Assembly: GCA_046292385.1 (NCBI GenBank)
Contig: JBKBRF010000035.1
Coordinates: 1 to 64,000 of the forward strand
Length of the DNA: 64,000 nucleotides
DNA from: Armatimonadota bacterium
GTDB lineage: Bacteria > Armatimonadota > SYMT01
Direction: 5' to 3'
Part shown: piece by piece, positions 30,955 to 40,775 of the stretch
Numbering within the stretch: the stretch's first letter is position 1
Layout of the letters: each line of letters starts with the position of its first letter
Made by a program: the position numbers and the translations under genes
Notes under the pieces: model-generated
The model's input: only the letters and a program-made list of their open reading frames with translations
Told to the model about the DNA's origin: nothing
Databases searched by the model: none

Positions 30955-32102
30955 CAGAGGGTGGTGAGCGGATCGAAGAGGCGCCGGTGCTCGTTCAGCG
31001 CCTCGCGGTCGGTCAGGCCCGCCAGGTAGTCGCACACACACCGCGCCAGCGGCTCGTCCTCGCAGAGCGCGGCGGGCGGGAGCTGCTTGGGGTGCTCCAG
31101 GTACGACTCGAAGAGCGAGTCGAGCACCCGCCGGGCCTTGATCGACATCCGGAAGACCCGGTAGTTGCGGTAGACGTTCTCTCGCAAGAAGGCGCGCAGC
31201 TCTTCGTTCAGCTCCGCCATCTCCTCACTCAGGCCGGCGGCCGGCCCGGGCGCGCTGCGGATCCCGTCCGGGCTCTCCAGACCCCACTCGCGGACGCGCC
31301 GCTCCGCCACCTGCGCCACGTCCTGGACCTGCGCGTTGATCAGCGCTCGCACGCCCTGGTACTTCGCCTGCTCCGGCGTCAGCGCCGTGCCGCGGCCGGC
31401 GGTCACCCGCCGCCACAGGCTCACCCGCTCCAGCTCTTCCAGCCGGATCAGGCCGGCGGTCAGGCTGTCGTCCAGGTCGTGCGCGTTGTAAGCGATCTGG
31501 TCCGACACGTCGGCGATCTGGGCCTCCAGCGAGGGCCAGCGCGACCCGGCGAACTCCTGGAACTCCGGGATCGGCGCGGCCGGATCGAAGCGGCGGCTGT
31601 GCTTGGCGATCCCTTCGCGGACTTCCCAGGTGAGGTTGAGGCCGGGGAACTCCGGGTAGCGGCTCTCCAGGTAGTCGACCACGCGGAGACCCTGGCGGTT
31701 GTGCTCGAACCCGCCGTGCTCCCACATCCGCTCTTCCAGCGCCTGCTCGCCGGCGTGCCCGAATGGAGGGTGGCCGACATCGTGGACTAGCGCCACCGCT
31801 TCCGCCAGGTCTTCGTTCAGGCGGAGGAACCGGGCGAGGGTGCGGGTGATCTGCGCGGCTTCCAGCGTGTGGGTGAGCCGGGTGCGGTAGTAGTCGCCCT
31901 CGTGGTTCACGAAGACCTGGGTCTTGTACTCCAGCGTCCGGAACGCCCGGCTGTGGATGATGCGGTCGCGGTCCCGCTCGAAGGGCGAGCGGAGGGGATG
32001 CTCCTCCTCCGGGTGGCGGCGGCCGCGGGTCTCCGCCGCGCGGCAGGCGTAGGGCGCCAGCTCCCGCCGCTCCCGCTCGAGGTATTCGTCCAGGCTCCGC
32101 AT
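30954..32102 (-). CDS. dgt: Deoxyguanosinetriphosphate triphosphohydrolase
   Basis: FERDRDRIIHSRAFR, YRTRLTHTLE, HDVGHPPFGHAGE, DQIAYNAHDLDD, DYLAGLTD. Confidence 0.95.
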   Translation of the reverse strand: MRSLDEYLERERRELAPYACRAAETRGRRHPEEEHPLRSPFERDRDRIIHSRAFRTLEYKTQVFVNHEGDYYRTRLTHTLEAAQITRTLARFLRLNEDLAEAVALVHDVGHPPFGHAGEQALEERMWEHGGFEHNRQGLRVVDYLESRYPEFPGLNLTWEVREGIAKHSRRFDPAAPIPEFQEFAGSRWPSLEAQIADVSDQIAYNAHDLDDSLTAGLIRLEELERVSLWRRVTAGRGTALTPEQAKYQGVRALINAQVQDVAQVAERRVREWGLESPDGIRSAPGPAAGLSEEMAELNEELRAFLRENVYRNYRVFRMSIKARRVLDSLFESYLEHPKQLPPAALCEDEPLARCVCDYLAGLTDREALNEHRRLFDPLTTL

Positions 32103-32113
32103 CCGCGTGGTTC

Positions 32114-32839
32114 TCAGGCGCCCGCTTCGATTTCGGCGACGATCTCCGCCGCCGCCGCGGCCGGGTCGCCCGCGTGCGTGAGGGCGCGGCCGATCACCAG
32201 GTAATCGGCGCCCGCGGCGACCGCCGAGGCGGGCGTGGCGGTGCGGAGCTGGTCGTGCTTCGCCGCGCCGGCGGGCCGGATTCCGGGCGTCACGATCAGG
32301 AACTCCCGGCCGCACGCCTCGCGGATCGCCTCGATCTCGAGCGGGGAGGCAACCACCCCGTCGAGCCCGCTCTCCCGCGCCAGCAGCGCCAGACGGACTA
32401 CGGCGTCGCGGACCTCCCCGTCGACTCCAATCGCGCCGAGCGCCTCGCGGTCGAGGCTCGTCAGCACCGTCACGGCGATCACCAGCGGGCGCGGCACGCC
32501 GGTGCTGGAGGCGTGCTCCACGGCCGCGTCCCGGGCGGCGCGCATGGCGGCGGCCCCGGCCATGGCGTGGACGTTCAGGAGCCACGGGTTCTGGCGGCAC
32601 GTGGAGCGGACCGCCCCCGCGACCGTGTTCGGGATGTCGCTGAACTTGGTGTCGAGGAAGACGCGGTCGGCGCCCGCTTCCTGCACCGCCTCCACCCCCT
32701 GCGGGCCGGCGGCGTGGAGAAACTCAAGTCCCAGCTTGAACGCGCCCACCCGCCCGCGGAGCTGCTGAACCCAGCGGACCGCCTGCTCCACCTCCGGAGT
32801 ATCGAGCGCTACGATGATCCGTTCCGCCGCCTGCATCAT
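32114..32839 (-). CDS. pyrF: Orotidine-5'-phosphate decarboxylase
   Basis: IIVALD, FLDTKFSDIPNTV, VTVLTS, VTPGIRP, DYLVIGR. Confidence 0.95.
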   Translation of the reverse strand: MMQAAERIIVALDTPEVEQAVRWVQQLRGRVGAFKLGLEFLHAAGPQGVEAVQEAGADRVFLDTKFSDIPNTVAGAVRSTCRQNPWLLNVHAMAGAAAMRAARDAAVEHASSTGVPRPLVIAVTVLTSLDREALGAIGVDGEVRDAVVRLALLARESGLDGVVASPLEIEAIREACGREFLIVTPGIRPAGAAKHDQLRTATPASAVAAGADYLVIGRALTHAGDPAAAAAEIVAEIEAGA

Positions 32840-32937
32840 TCCTCTCACTTGACTGGTATGCGCCGCCAACCCCGGGGGTAGGGGCGGCAGGCCGGTAGAT
32901 GATACCCTGTCACGCAGTTGCAGTTCCCGCCCGGGAT

Positions 32938-33066
32938 CGGCTGCCGAGATCCTTCACTGACGTTCAGGATGACTGGGGTGTACTGCGGTTGCGGCCCAGC
33001 ACAAGAACTGTCATGTTGAGCCAGCCGCCGCCCGGGCGCGAGGTAGCGGCTGACCTGCGAAACATC
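32938..33066. repeat. MITE/REP-like end sequences (family B)
   Basis: CGGCTGCCGAGATCCTTCACTGACGTTCAGGATGAC matches the right end of 43684-43842; GTCATGTTGAG..GCGAAACATCT is a left-end variant. Confidence 0.7.
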
Positions 33067-33144
33067 TTACCGCCGGGCTCGGAACGCTGCCCCTGCACGT
33101 GCGTTCGACGGTACCCGCGCACCGCACCGTCGGGTACTCGGAGA

Positions 33145-33591
33145 CTAGCTCCCCGCGTAATACTCGCCCGTGACGGCGGCGCGGACCGCCAGCTCGTCGG
33201 CGCGCTCGTTGGCGGGGTGGCCGGAGTGGCCGGCGACCTTGCCCATCTCGAAGCGCGCGCACTCCCGGGCGAGGGCGCGGACCTCGTCGACCAGCTCCTT
33301 GTTCGCCTTCACCTTCCAGTTCTGCGTCAGGCAGCCGATGGCGTAGGCGCTGTCGGTGTAGATCTTCACGCGGGTGCGCGCCCGGTCCTTGACCTTCAAG
33401 AGCGCCTCGCGGATCGCCATCAGCTCCGCCTTCTGGTTGGTGCCGCGCCCGAGCGGGATCGCCCACTCCCGCTCCACCTTGCCGGCCCGCCCAACGATCC
33501 CGGCGCCCATCGGCCCGCCTTCGACCGACTTCCCGTTCCCCGGGCACGCGCCGTCCGTATAGAACTCGATGCTGGTGACCTCGTCTGCCAT
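33145..33591 (-). CDS. rnhA: Ribonuclease HI
   Basis: YTDGACPGN, TNQKAELMAI, YTDSAY, KVAGHSGHPANERADELA. Confidence 0.93.
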   Translation of the reverse strand: MADEVTSIEFYTDGACPGNGKSVEGGPMGAGIVGRAGKVEREWAIPLGRGTNQKAELMAIREALLKVKDRARTRVKIYTDSAYAIGCLTQNWKVKANKELVDEVRALARECARFEMGKVAGHSGHPANERADELAVRAAVTGEYYAGS

Positions 33592-33675
33592 TCCTCTTCC
33601 CACCTCTCCGTGGACGCATGCTACACGGTGAACACCGATCCGACTACCCATCTCGTCCGCGAAGTGCGGTCCGGA

Positions 33676-34590
33676 TTACCGCATGAGGAGCACGTCGACT
33701 GCCACCACGACCAGCAGCCCGAGGCTGACGACGCCGTTCACCGTGAAGAAGGCGGCGTTCACGCGGGAGAGGTCGTTCCACCGCACGAGGCTGTGCTCGT
33801 ACACCAGGAGTCCCGCCACCAGCAGCACCCCGCCGTAGTAGACGGCGCCGAGGAGCCGCACCGGCAGCAGCAGCGGGAGCGCCAGCAGCAGCGCCGTGGT
33901 GGCGGCGTGCATCAGGCGGCTCACCCAGAGCGCCCGCGCCACGCCGAGGCGCGCCGGAATCGAGTGGAGCCCCGCGCGGCGGTCGAACTCCGCGTCCTGG
34001 CAGGCGTAGATGATGTCGAACCCGCCGACCCAGAGCAGCACCGCCGCCGTCAGCAGCACCGGCGCCCACTCCAGGCTGCCCCGCACCGCGATCCACGCCG
34101 CGGAGGGGGAGATGCCGATCGCCAGCCCGAGGACGATGTGGCAGAAGCTGGTGAACCGCTTGGTGAAGGAGTAGCCCCAGATGACCGCCAGCGCCACCGG
34201 GCTGAGCGCCAGCGCCAGCGGGTTGAGCTGCCACGCCGCGGCGACGAAGAGCGCCGTGGTGGCCACGACGAAGAGCCAGACCTGCGCCGGCGTGAGCTGC
34301 CCCGCCGGGAGCGCGCGGGTGGCGGTGCGCGGGTTGCGGCGGTCGAACTCCAGGTCGACCAGCCGGTTGAACGCCATCGCGCTGCTGCGGGCGCCGACCA
34401 TCGCCACCACGATCCAGAGCAGCACCCGGCCGGACGGGATGCCTCCCGCCGCCAGCAGCGCCGCGATGAGCGCGAACGGCAAGGCGAAGACGGTGTGCTC
34501 GAACTTGATCATCTCCAGGATGATCCGGAGCTGCCGCCAGCCGCGGCCTATCGGAGAAAGCGCTTCAGCCGACACCTGCTTGCCTCGCAT
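33676..34590 (-). CDS. UbiA-like polyprenyltransferase (menaquinone futalosine pathway MqnP type)
   Basis: IKFEHTVFALPF, FNRLVD..DRRNPRT, YSFTKRFT, GFDIIYACQD, AFFTVNG. Confidence 0.9.
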   Translation of the reverse strand: MRGKQVSAEALSPIGRGWRQLRIILEMIKFEHTVFALPFALIAALLAAGGIPSGRVLLWIVVAMVGARSSAMAFNRLVDLEFDRRNPRTATRALPAGQLTPAQVWLFVVATTALFVAAAWQLNPLALALSPVALAVIWGYSFTKRFTSFCHIVLGLAIGISPSAAWIAVRGSLEWAPVLLTAAVLLWVGGFDIIYACQDAEFDRRAGLHSIPARLGVARALWVSRLMHAATTALLLALPLLLPVRLLGAVYYGGVLLVAGLLVYEHSLVRWNDLSRVNAAFFTVNGVVSLGLLVVVAVDVLLMR

Positions 34591-34620
34591 CCCTCAGGGG
34601 TCTCGCGTACTTCCCGACCC

Positions 34621-36063
34621 TTAAAGCCCGAGCTGACCCCAGACGCGGTCGACCTTCTTCTTCACGTCCGGGTCCATCACGATGTCCGGCGGCCACTCCC
34701 GCGTGAAGCCTTCGCTGGCCCACTTGATGGTGCCGTCGATGCCCATCTTGCTGCCGAAGAACTGGTTCGTGCTGGCGTGGTCCAGGTGGTCGACCGGCCC
34801 GCGGGTGAAGAGGATGTCGCGCTGGGCGTCGATGTTGTTGCTCACGCGCCAGAGCACCTCGCCGGGGTCGTGCACGTTCACGTCGTGGTCCACCACCACG
34901 ATGCACTTGCAGAACATCATCTGACCCAGGCCCCAGAGCGCGTTCATCACCTTGTAGGCGTGCCCGGGGAAGCGCTTCTTGATCGAGACGATCACCAGGT
35001 TGTGGAAGCAGGCCTCCACCGGGAGGTTCATGTCGACGACTTCCGGCAGCACCAGGCGCAGCAGCGGCAGGAAGATCCGCTCCGTTGCCTTGCCGAGCCA
35101 GGCGTCTTCCATCGGGGGGCGGCCGACGATGGTGCTCGGGTAGATCGGGTTCTTGCGCCGGGTGACGCAGGTGAGGTGGAAGACCGGGAACGCCTCCTGC
35201 AGCGTGTAGTAGCCGGTGTGGTCGCCGAAGGGACCCTCGATCCGCCGCTCCTGCGGATCGATGTAGCCCTCCAGCACGATGTCGCTCTCCGCCGGGACCT
35301 CCAGGTCGGAGGTCTCGCACTTCACCAGCGGGACCGACTTCCCGCGCAGCCAGCCGGAGAAGAGGAGCTCGTCGATCTCCGGCGGCAGCGGCGCGGTGGC
35401 GGCGTAAGTGAGCACCGGGTCGCCGCCGAGGCAGACCGCCACCGGGAAGCGCTCCCGCGCCACCCGCTCGTGCTCCGCGCCGGTCTTGTGGAGCTGCCAG
35501 TGCATCCCGGTGGTGCGGCTGTCGTACTTCTGCATGCGGTACATGCCGACGTTCCGCTTCCCGGTCACCGGATGCCGCGTGACTACCAGCGGGAGCGTGA
35601 TGAACGGACCGCCGTCGTCCGGCCAGCAAGTCTGGATCGGGAGGAAGTCGAGCGACGGGTTCTCCCGCTCGATCACTTCCTTGCAGGGACCGGAGGAGAC
35701 GCGCCGGGGCGGGGCGGAGGTGGCGACGTCGAGCAGCGCGCCGCCGAGGCCGAGCTTGTCGCCGAGCGTCTTCGGCATCCGCATCATGCGGCCGAGCAGC
35801 TCTTCCAGGCGGCGGGCGACGTCGTCGAGATCCTCCGCGCCGAGCGCCATGCTCATCCGCCGGCGGGAGCCGAACGCGTTGGTGAGGAGGGGGATCTCCG
35901 AGCCCTTGGGGCGCTCGAAGAGGAGCGCCGGGCCGCCCGCCTTGACGACGCGGTCGGTAATCTCGGTGATCTCGAGGTGCGGGTCGGCGGGGTAGCTGAT
36001 CCGTTTCAGCTCTCCGGCGCGCTCGAGGCGGTGGACGAACTCTTCGAGGGATGCGTAGGCCAT
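34621..36063 (-). CDS. UbiD family decarboxylase (menaquinone biosynthesis type)
   Basis: LEITEITDR, WPDDGGPFITLP, NVGMYRMQ, EGPFGDHTGYY, GSKMGIDGT. Confidence 0.92.
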   Translation of the reverse strand: MAYASLEEFVHRLERAGELKRISYPADPHLEITEITDRVVKAGGPALLFERPKGSEIPLLTNAFGSRRRMSMALGAEDLDDVARRLEELLGRMMRMPKTLGDKLGLGGALLDVATSAPPRRVSSGPCKEVIERENPSLDFLPIQTCWPDDGGPFITLPLVVTRHPVTGKRNVGMYRMQKYDSRTTGMHWQLHKTGAEHERVARERFPVAVCLGGDPVLTYAATAPLPPEIDELLFSGWLRGKSVPLVKCETSDLEVPAESDIVLEGYIDPQERRIEGPFGDHTGYYTLQEAFPVFHLTCVTRRKNPIYPSTIVGRPPMEDAWLGKATERIFLPLLRLVLPEVVDMNLPVEACFHNLVIVSIKKRFPGHAYKVMNALWGLGQMMFCKCIVVVDHDVNVHDPGEVLWRVSNNIDAQRDILFTRGPVDHLDHASTNQFFGSKMGIDGTIKWASEGFTREWPPDIVMDPDVKKKVDRVWGQLGL

Positions 36064-36133
36064 GGGGCGCCGGGCGCGATACTGCCCCCGGGGAACGGCC
36101 CGGAAGTGGGTGCCTGGGGGTCTGGTGATTGTA

Positions 36134-36829
36134 TCACCCGGTCCGGGTGGCTCCTCGCGCGTCCTCCCGCTCCCGGCGCGGCGCCAGCGCCCGGAACTGC
36201 TCCACCGGCAGCTTCACCCCGGCGGAGGAGCCGTCGCGGTTCCTCACGGAGAGGATCACCGCGGTCGCATCCGCCGGCACGCGCAGCGGTCCCGCGTACG
36301 GCGCGCCGGTGAGCACCAGCGAGTCGAGCGCCTTCCCGCCCACGCCGATCGCCTCCAGCTCGACTCTCGTCACGGCCTCGCGCGGACCGGTCCAGCGCAC
36401 GCGGTACGCCTCGTCGTCCTCGCTCGTCACCTGGATCTGCCGCTTCGCCTCGGAGACGAGGTCTCCCGAGGTGCCGCCAATCACCCGCGAGCGACCGCCG
36501 GGCACCTGGTAGCGAAGCGGCAGTGGGTCGAAGGTCCACGCCAGGAACGGGGTGGCCGGATGGTAGAACTGGAAGATCGGCGTGAGTGAGTACGGGTAGA
36601 CGTACGGAACCGCATAGGCGTAGGGGCTCAGCAGCGCGCCGCCGTAGAAACCGGGATAGTAGGAGTAGGCCAGTGGATACCAGGGCGCGTAGCCGGGGTA
36701 GTAGCTGGTCGGCGTGGAGACGTAGACCTGATGGTAGTAGGCAATCGACGGCCCCGCGTAGCCCTGCGACTGCGCGGGGCTCGCGAGCGCCGCCGCGGCG
36801 GCGGCACAGGTCAGGATGAGCCGGTGCAT
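36134..36829 (-). CDS. Secreted Tyr/Pro-rich hypothetical protein
   Basis: GGAGG RBS, signal peptide MHRLILTCAAAAAALASPAQS, YYPGY-rich segment. Confidence 0.65.
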   Translation of the reverse strand: MHRLILTCAAAAAALASPAQSQGYAGPSIAYYHQVYVSTPTSYYPGYAPWYPLAYSYYPGFYGGALLSPYAYAVPYVYPYSLTPIFQFYHPATPFLAWTFDPLPLRYQVPGGRSRVIGGTSGDLVSEAKRQIQVTSEDDEAYRVRWTGPREAVTRVELEAIGVGGKALDSLVLTGAPYAGPLRVPADATAVILSVRNRDGSSAGVKLPVEQFRALAPRREREDARGATRTG

Positions 36830-36930
36830 CGGTCGGCCTCCTCGCCGCCGCGTTCCCACGGGTGGGATCCGGAGCGGCGTACGTCTGTATTCCCGCGCTC
36901 CCGCTCCGCCGGAAACGCGATCCCGGAAGA

Positions 36931-37341
36931 TTACTTCGCCACGCTGAACGGGAAAGTGAACTTCGCCTCCGGGTGCCCCGGCCGCGCCACGGTAACGTGG
37001 GCCTCCCACTTCCCCTGGAGGCCAGTCGAGACCTCCCGCGCCTCGTAGTGTCCGGGCGCGGCCTCCATCAGCTGCACGGTCGGGCCCTGCTGCTCGCTGA
37101 ACGAGAGGTAGGAGGTGGCGACCTCCACCTGCGCCCCGGTGACCGGCTGTCCCGAGTCGGCGAGCGTGAGCACGAAGGCGGTATCGTGACCCACCCGCGG
37201 CGGCGCCGGCTGGGTAGCGAAGTCCGCGGTCAGCGTTCCCTGCGTCTGCTTCGGCTGCAGCGCAGGTTTAGCGCTGCTGCAGCCGCCCGCGAAGAGCGCC
37301 GCGGCGGCGAGCGCGATCGTTGGCAAAGGGAAGAGCTTCAT
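36931..37341 (-). CDS. YtkA/FixH-like lipoprotein
   Basis: AGGAGG RBS, lipobox-like FAGGC, GQPVTGAQV, PGHYEA, GKWEAHVTV Ig-like pattern. Confidence 0.7.
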   Translation of the reverse strand: MKLFPLPTIALAAAALFAGGCSSAKPALQPKQTQGTLTADFATQPAPPRVGHDTAFVLTLADSGQPVTGAQVEVATSYLSFSEQQGPTVQLMEAAPGHYEAREVSTGLQGKWEAHVTVARPGHPEAKFTFPFSVAK

Positions 37342-37414
37342 CAGCGTGCCTCCTACTCCTATAGTGGCAGGAACGACACACTTCTTCCTCTCGCCCGGCG
37401 GCGACGCGCGCGCG

Positions 37415-38449
37415 TCAATCCTCACGTGTCGCGGCGGGCGGGCGACGGACGGCAGCCGGAACGCGTGAGAGCCGCACGATTCCGCAGCCGTAGTAACAGT
37501 TTCCCGCTACATCCGTGGCCAGGTAGGTCCAGCGCATCCTCCAGGCACCGTACTCCTCGCACCAGCTGAATAGCTTGCTGCTCCGAACCATGCTCCGCGG
37601 TGGAATCCAGCCGTTCTCCGTACCGAAGGCGCGGTCGAACTCCGCGGCTCCGAGCGGTGGATCATCCCGGTCTTCCGCCCGCCGCCAGCGGAACCGGTGT
37701 CGCACGGAAGGCCAGAACTCATCGATCTGGAGGGGGACATCCGTATCGTTTCGGACTTCCGTGACGTAGCTCCAGACGTAGCCCTGCTTTTCCGGATCCC
37801 ACCTGACCTCGGCGCAGGGATCTGGAGACAGAGCGACCGTCAGGCCGGGCGAGAGGCGGTAGCGGGCCAGAACCAACCGCTCCACCCAGGCCGGCGCGTC
37901 GAGCTTGCGCAGCTGCCAGATCGTGCGCCGCCGCAGCGAGTCGGTGCTCCAGAAGCCCGCGGGGAGCGTGTCCTGCCACTCTCGCTCGTCCCGCAGCTTC
38001 TCCCCGCCCGGCGCGCGGCGCGTGAGGACCTCCACCGCTCGGTTGCAGATCGCCTCTACCCGAGCGCGCAGCGGGGGCTCGTATCCGATCCCCAGGTGGA
38101 AGAGCCAGGCGTGGGTGGCCTCGTGGATCAGGGTGCCGGCCAGCTCCAGCGCGGTGCGTTCCTCTGAAAGGACTACCTGGCGGCAGAGGTAGACCAGCCC
38201 CAGCGATTGCTTCCACTCCCCGGCAGACCCCAGCGGACCAACGATCAAGATCCCGCGGGCGTGGCGGCGCAGGCGCGCGAAGCGGCCGGGGCTGTAGCTG
38301 GAGATCAGGTCGAGCGCCTGCGCCAACTTGGCAAAGGCCCTCTCCTGCTCTTCGCGCGAGTCGAGGCAGGCCGCGACCCGGATTCCGTGCAGCTCGCGAG
38401 CGGGCAGCCTCCTGAACAGGAACGCGTCGAACCGGTCAGGCACGTTCAT
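37415..38449 (-). CDS. Hypothetical protein with HEXXH motif and ApaG-like C-terminal domain
   Basis: LIHEATHAW; GYVWSYVTEVRNDTDVPLQI resembles ApaG strand. Confidence 0.55.
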   Translation of the reverse strand: MNVPDRFDAFLFRRLPARELHGIRVAACLDSREEQERAFAKLAQALDLISSYSPGRFARLRRHARGILIVGPLGSAGEWKQSLGLVYLCRQVVLSEERTALELAGTLIHEATHAWLFHLGIGYEPPLRARVEAICNRAVEVLTRRAPGGEKLRDEREWQDTLPAGFWSTDSLRRRTIWQLRKLDAPAWVERLVLARYRLSPGLTVALSPDPCAEVRWDPEKQGYVWSYVTEVRNDTDVPLQIDEFWPSVRHRFRWRRAEDRDDPPLGAAEFDRAFGTENGWIPPRSMVRSSKLFSWCEEYGAWRMRWTYLATDVAGNCYYGCGIVRLSRVPAAVRRPPAATRED

Positions 38450-38521
38450 AGGCGGGGCGTTTCGTCGTAGATCTCACGCCGAACGCCGGTACGCTACCCC
38501 AACTCACGGGCGGTCGCCCAC

Positions 38522-39241
38522 TTACCCGGCTGGCGGCGGGATGGTGACCGGGACCCGGGCGGTGTTGTTCTCGGTGCTCTTCTCCAGCAGCCGGCCTTCC
38601 GGGTCGAGGCGGACCTCCAGCGTGTAGTCGCCGGGGGGAAGGCCGGTCACGTCGACCCACTGTCCGTAGAGGTTGGCAGGGTAGACGTCCGACCAGCCGC
38701 GGGAGATGCCGGTGACGAAGCCTTTCAGGCTGCGGTTCACGGGGCAGGTCAGGTAATGCGGCTTCCGGCGCGCGCCGGGAAGCGGCGGATCGACCGGCGC
38801 GGTGTCCATCAGGCAGAAGGAGACCTTCTCCCCACCCGCCACCACCGTCTCATCGGCGGCCAGCAGACGGTACTCCGCCACGGCCAGCAGGTGCCAGTGG
38901 TAGTGCTCTTCGTGGAACTCGAACTCGCCCATGGCGCGAGCGCCGCGCTTGCCGCCCCGGTAGAAGAGGGTCTGCTCCGCCAGCATCGGGTCGCTGCGCC
39001 GCTTGCGGCGGCCGACTACCTCCACCGGTGCGTCGCCCAGGTTCAGGATGACCGTGGGAAAGCGCAGCAGCGTGCGGCCCTCTTCCTCGGAGAAGTAGGT
39101 CTCGGCGAGGTGGGCGGCCGACGGGACGAGGTCCGGCAGCAGCGGCTTCCGGGCGGCGGCCGGGGTGGCCCCGGAAGCGGTGGCGAGGCCGGCCAGCGAG
39201 GCGGCGGCGAGGGCGATCCGGCAGACGCGCAGGGTATTCAT
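38522..39241 (-). CDS. Lysyl oxidase-like protein, intact copper site
   Basis: Signal peptide, LPDLVP, LLRF..N.G, FEFHEEHYHWH, KVSFCLMDT, GISRGWSDVY..GQWVDVTGLPPGDYTL, ENN. Confidence 0.85.
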   Translation of the reverse strand: MNTLRVCRIALAAASLAGLATASGATPAAARKPLLPDLVPSAAHLAETYFSEEEGRTLLRFPTVILNLGDAPVEVVGRRKRRSDPMLAEQTLFYRGGKRGARAMGEFEFHEEHYHWHLLAVAEYRLLAADETVVAGGEKVSFCLMDTAPVDPPLPGARRKPHYLTCPVNRSLKGFVTGISRGWSDVYPANLYGQWVDVTGLPPGDYTLEVRLDPEGRLLEKSTENNTARVPVTIPPPAG

Positions 39242-39298
39242 CCCGCCGATTGTCGGCGGCGGCGGTCGCTCCCTTGCTCCGCGGAGGGTCGATTCTGT

Positions 39299-39631
39299 CT
39301 ATTCCGGAATGATCAGCTCTTCCGCCTCGACCGGGCCCTTCGACGCGAGGGCCTCCCGCGCCACGAGCAGCCAGTAGGGCACCCGCTCGCCGGCCGCCTC
39401 CAGCCGGGTGATGGAAGCCGCAGGGACGTGCAGCGCGTCCTCGCGCGGGCCGCCGCCGCAGTCCGGGCAGAGGTACGGCTTGCCGGGGATCTCGGGGCGG
39501 CAGTTGAGGCAGAGCGCCCGGGAGCAGCCGGCGCACTGGCGCGCGGTGCGGAAGCGGCGGCCGTCCGAGGGGCAGAAGGCGCAGTCCGCCATGCTGGCGC
39601 TGGAGAAGCGTTCACCGGTGGAAGAGGGCAT
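39299..39631 (-). CDS. Small Cys-rich zinc-finger protein
   Basis: Four CxxC pairs: CAFC, CAGC, CLNC, CPDC; GAGG RBS. Confidence 0.65.
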   Translation of the reverse strand: MPSSTGERFSSASMADCAFCPSDGRRFRTARQCAGCSRALCLNCRPEIPGKPYLCPDCGGGPREDALHVPAASITRLEAAGERVPYWLLVAREALASKGPVEAEELIIPE

Positions 39632-39750
39632 CGGAGGGACCTCGCGAGGGGAGTGGATCGCCCTCATGTTACTCCGTAGAGCAGCAAGTGACCGGCCCCA
39701 CATCGCCCGGTTGACAGCGGCGGGAGGGATACGGAATGGTAGGAGTGTTC

Positions 39751-39910
39751 CGTATTCCGTATCGCGTATCGCGTATTGCGTAGCGGAATGCTCTCACCGC
39801 TCTCCAGCACGTCGTGCCGGGCGAGGCGCCGCAAATAGCCTACCGCCCGGCACGACGCTCTCGCCAGGAGAGCCAGGCACGACGCTACGCAATACGAAAT
39901 ACGCAATACG
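39751..39910. repeat. Inverted heptamer tandem arrays
   Basis: CGTATTC-CGTATCG-CGTATCG-CGTATTG-CGTAGCG (39751-39785) mirrored by CGCTACG-CAATACG-AAATACG-CAATACG (39883-39910). Confidence 0.75.
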
Positions 39911-39994
39911 TACCCGGGGTCACAGTCCGCCTCGGCCGCTGTGCCCCCGCCGCGCCCGCCGCGCCACTTTGGGCCGAGAGAGGAGGCACGGTCG

Positions 39995-40678
39995 ATGTTT
40001 CGACTCGAAACCGCCGTCGTCCTGACGACGGCTGCGTTATTCGGCTTTGCCGCCGTAGGTACGGCGGCCCCCGCAAAAGGCAAGAAGGCTCCCGCTAAAC
40101 CGGCGAAGAAGACGACCCCCGCAAAGCCTGCCGCGAAGAAGACGGCCGCGCCGGCCGCGAAGCCGGTCGCCGCCGGGGTGGAGGCGCTCCGCAGCGCCGG
40201 CGTTCACGTGATGGAGCTGGCGCAGAACGACGACCGGCTGGAAGTGAGCTTCCATCTCCTGGGGGCTCAGGTGAAGGACGCCAACCTCGCGCCGCTCGCC
40301 TCGATGAAGAAGGTGGTGCGGGTCAACCTCGCCGGCACCGGGATCACCGACGCCGGTCTCGCCCACCTGAAGGGCCTGACCGACCTGACGAACCTCCACC
40401 TGGAGAAGACGAAGATCACCGACGCCGGCCTGGCGCACCTGAAGGGCCTCGCCAATCTGGAGTACCTGAACCTCTACGGGACGCAGGTGACCGACGCCGG
40501 GCTGCAGCAGCTCGCCGGCCTCAAGAAGCTGAAGAGCCTCTACGTGTGGCAGACCCGCGTGACGGAGGACGGCGTGGCGAAGCTCCGGCAGACGCTGCCG
40601 CAGGTCGCCGTGATCCGCGGCGTCGACGCCCAGCCCGCCCAGGCAACCGCGACGACCACCGCCGCCGAGAAGAAGTAG
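39995..40678 (+). CDS. Secreted leucine-rich repeat protein
   Basis: AGGAGG RBS, signal peptide, Lys/Ala/Pro-rich linker, ITDAGLAHLKGL repeats. Confidence 0.88.
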   Translation: MFRLETAVVLTTAALFGFAAVGTAAPAKGKKAPAKPAKKTTPAKPAAKKTAAPAAKPVAAGVEALRSAGVHVMELAQNDDRLEVSFHLLGAQVKDANLAPLASMKKVVRVNLAGTGITDAGLAHLKGLTDLTNLHLEKTKITDAGLAHLKGLANLEYLNLYGTQVTDAGLQQLAGLKKLKSLYVWQTRVTEDGVAKLRQTLPQVAVIRGVDAQPAQATATTTAAEKK

Positions 40679-40775
40679 GGGATGCCAGGCATATTGGGGC
40701 CGCTGTGGGAGTCCGCGGGTGAGTCTCACAGCGGCTCCAGCGCGGCCCCGGGTATCGGGAGTGAGTGGCCGGGTT

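Noticed and set aside
32899..36312. 1137-aa plus-strand ORF (also 17725-20520, 21890-24586, 27952-30522 and similar)
   Set aside because: Antisense shadows of well-supported genes in high-GC DNA; Arg/Ala/Gly-rich with no motifs
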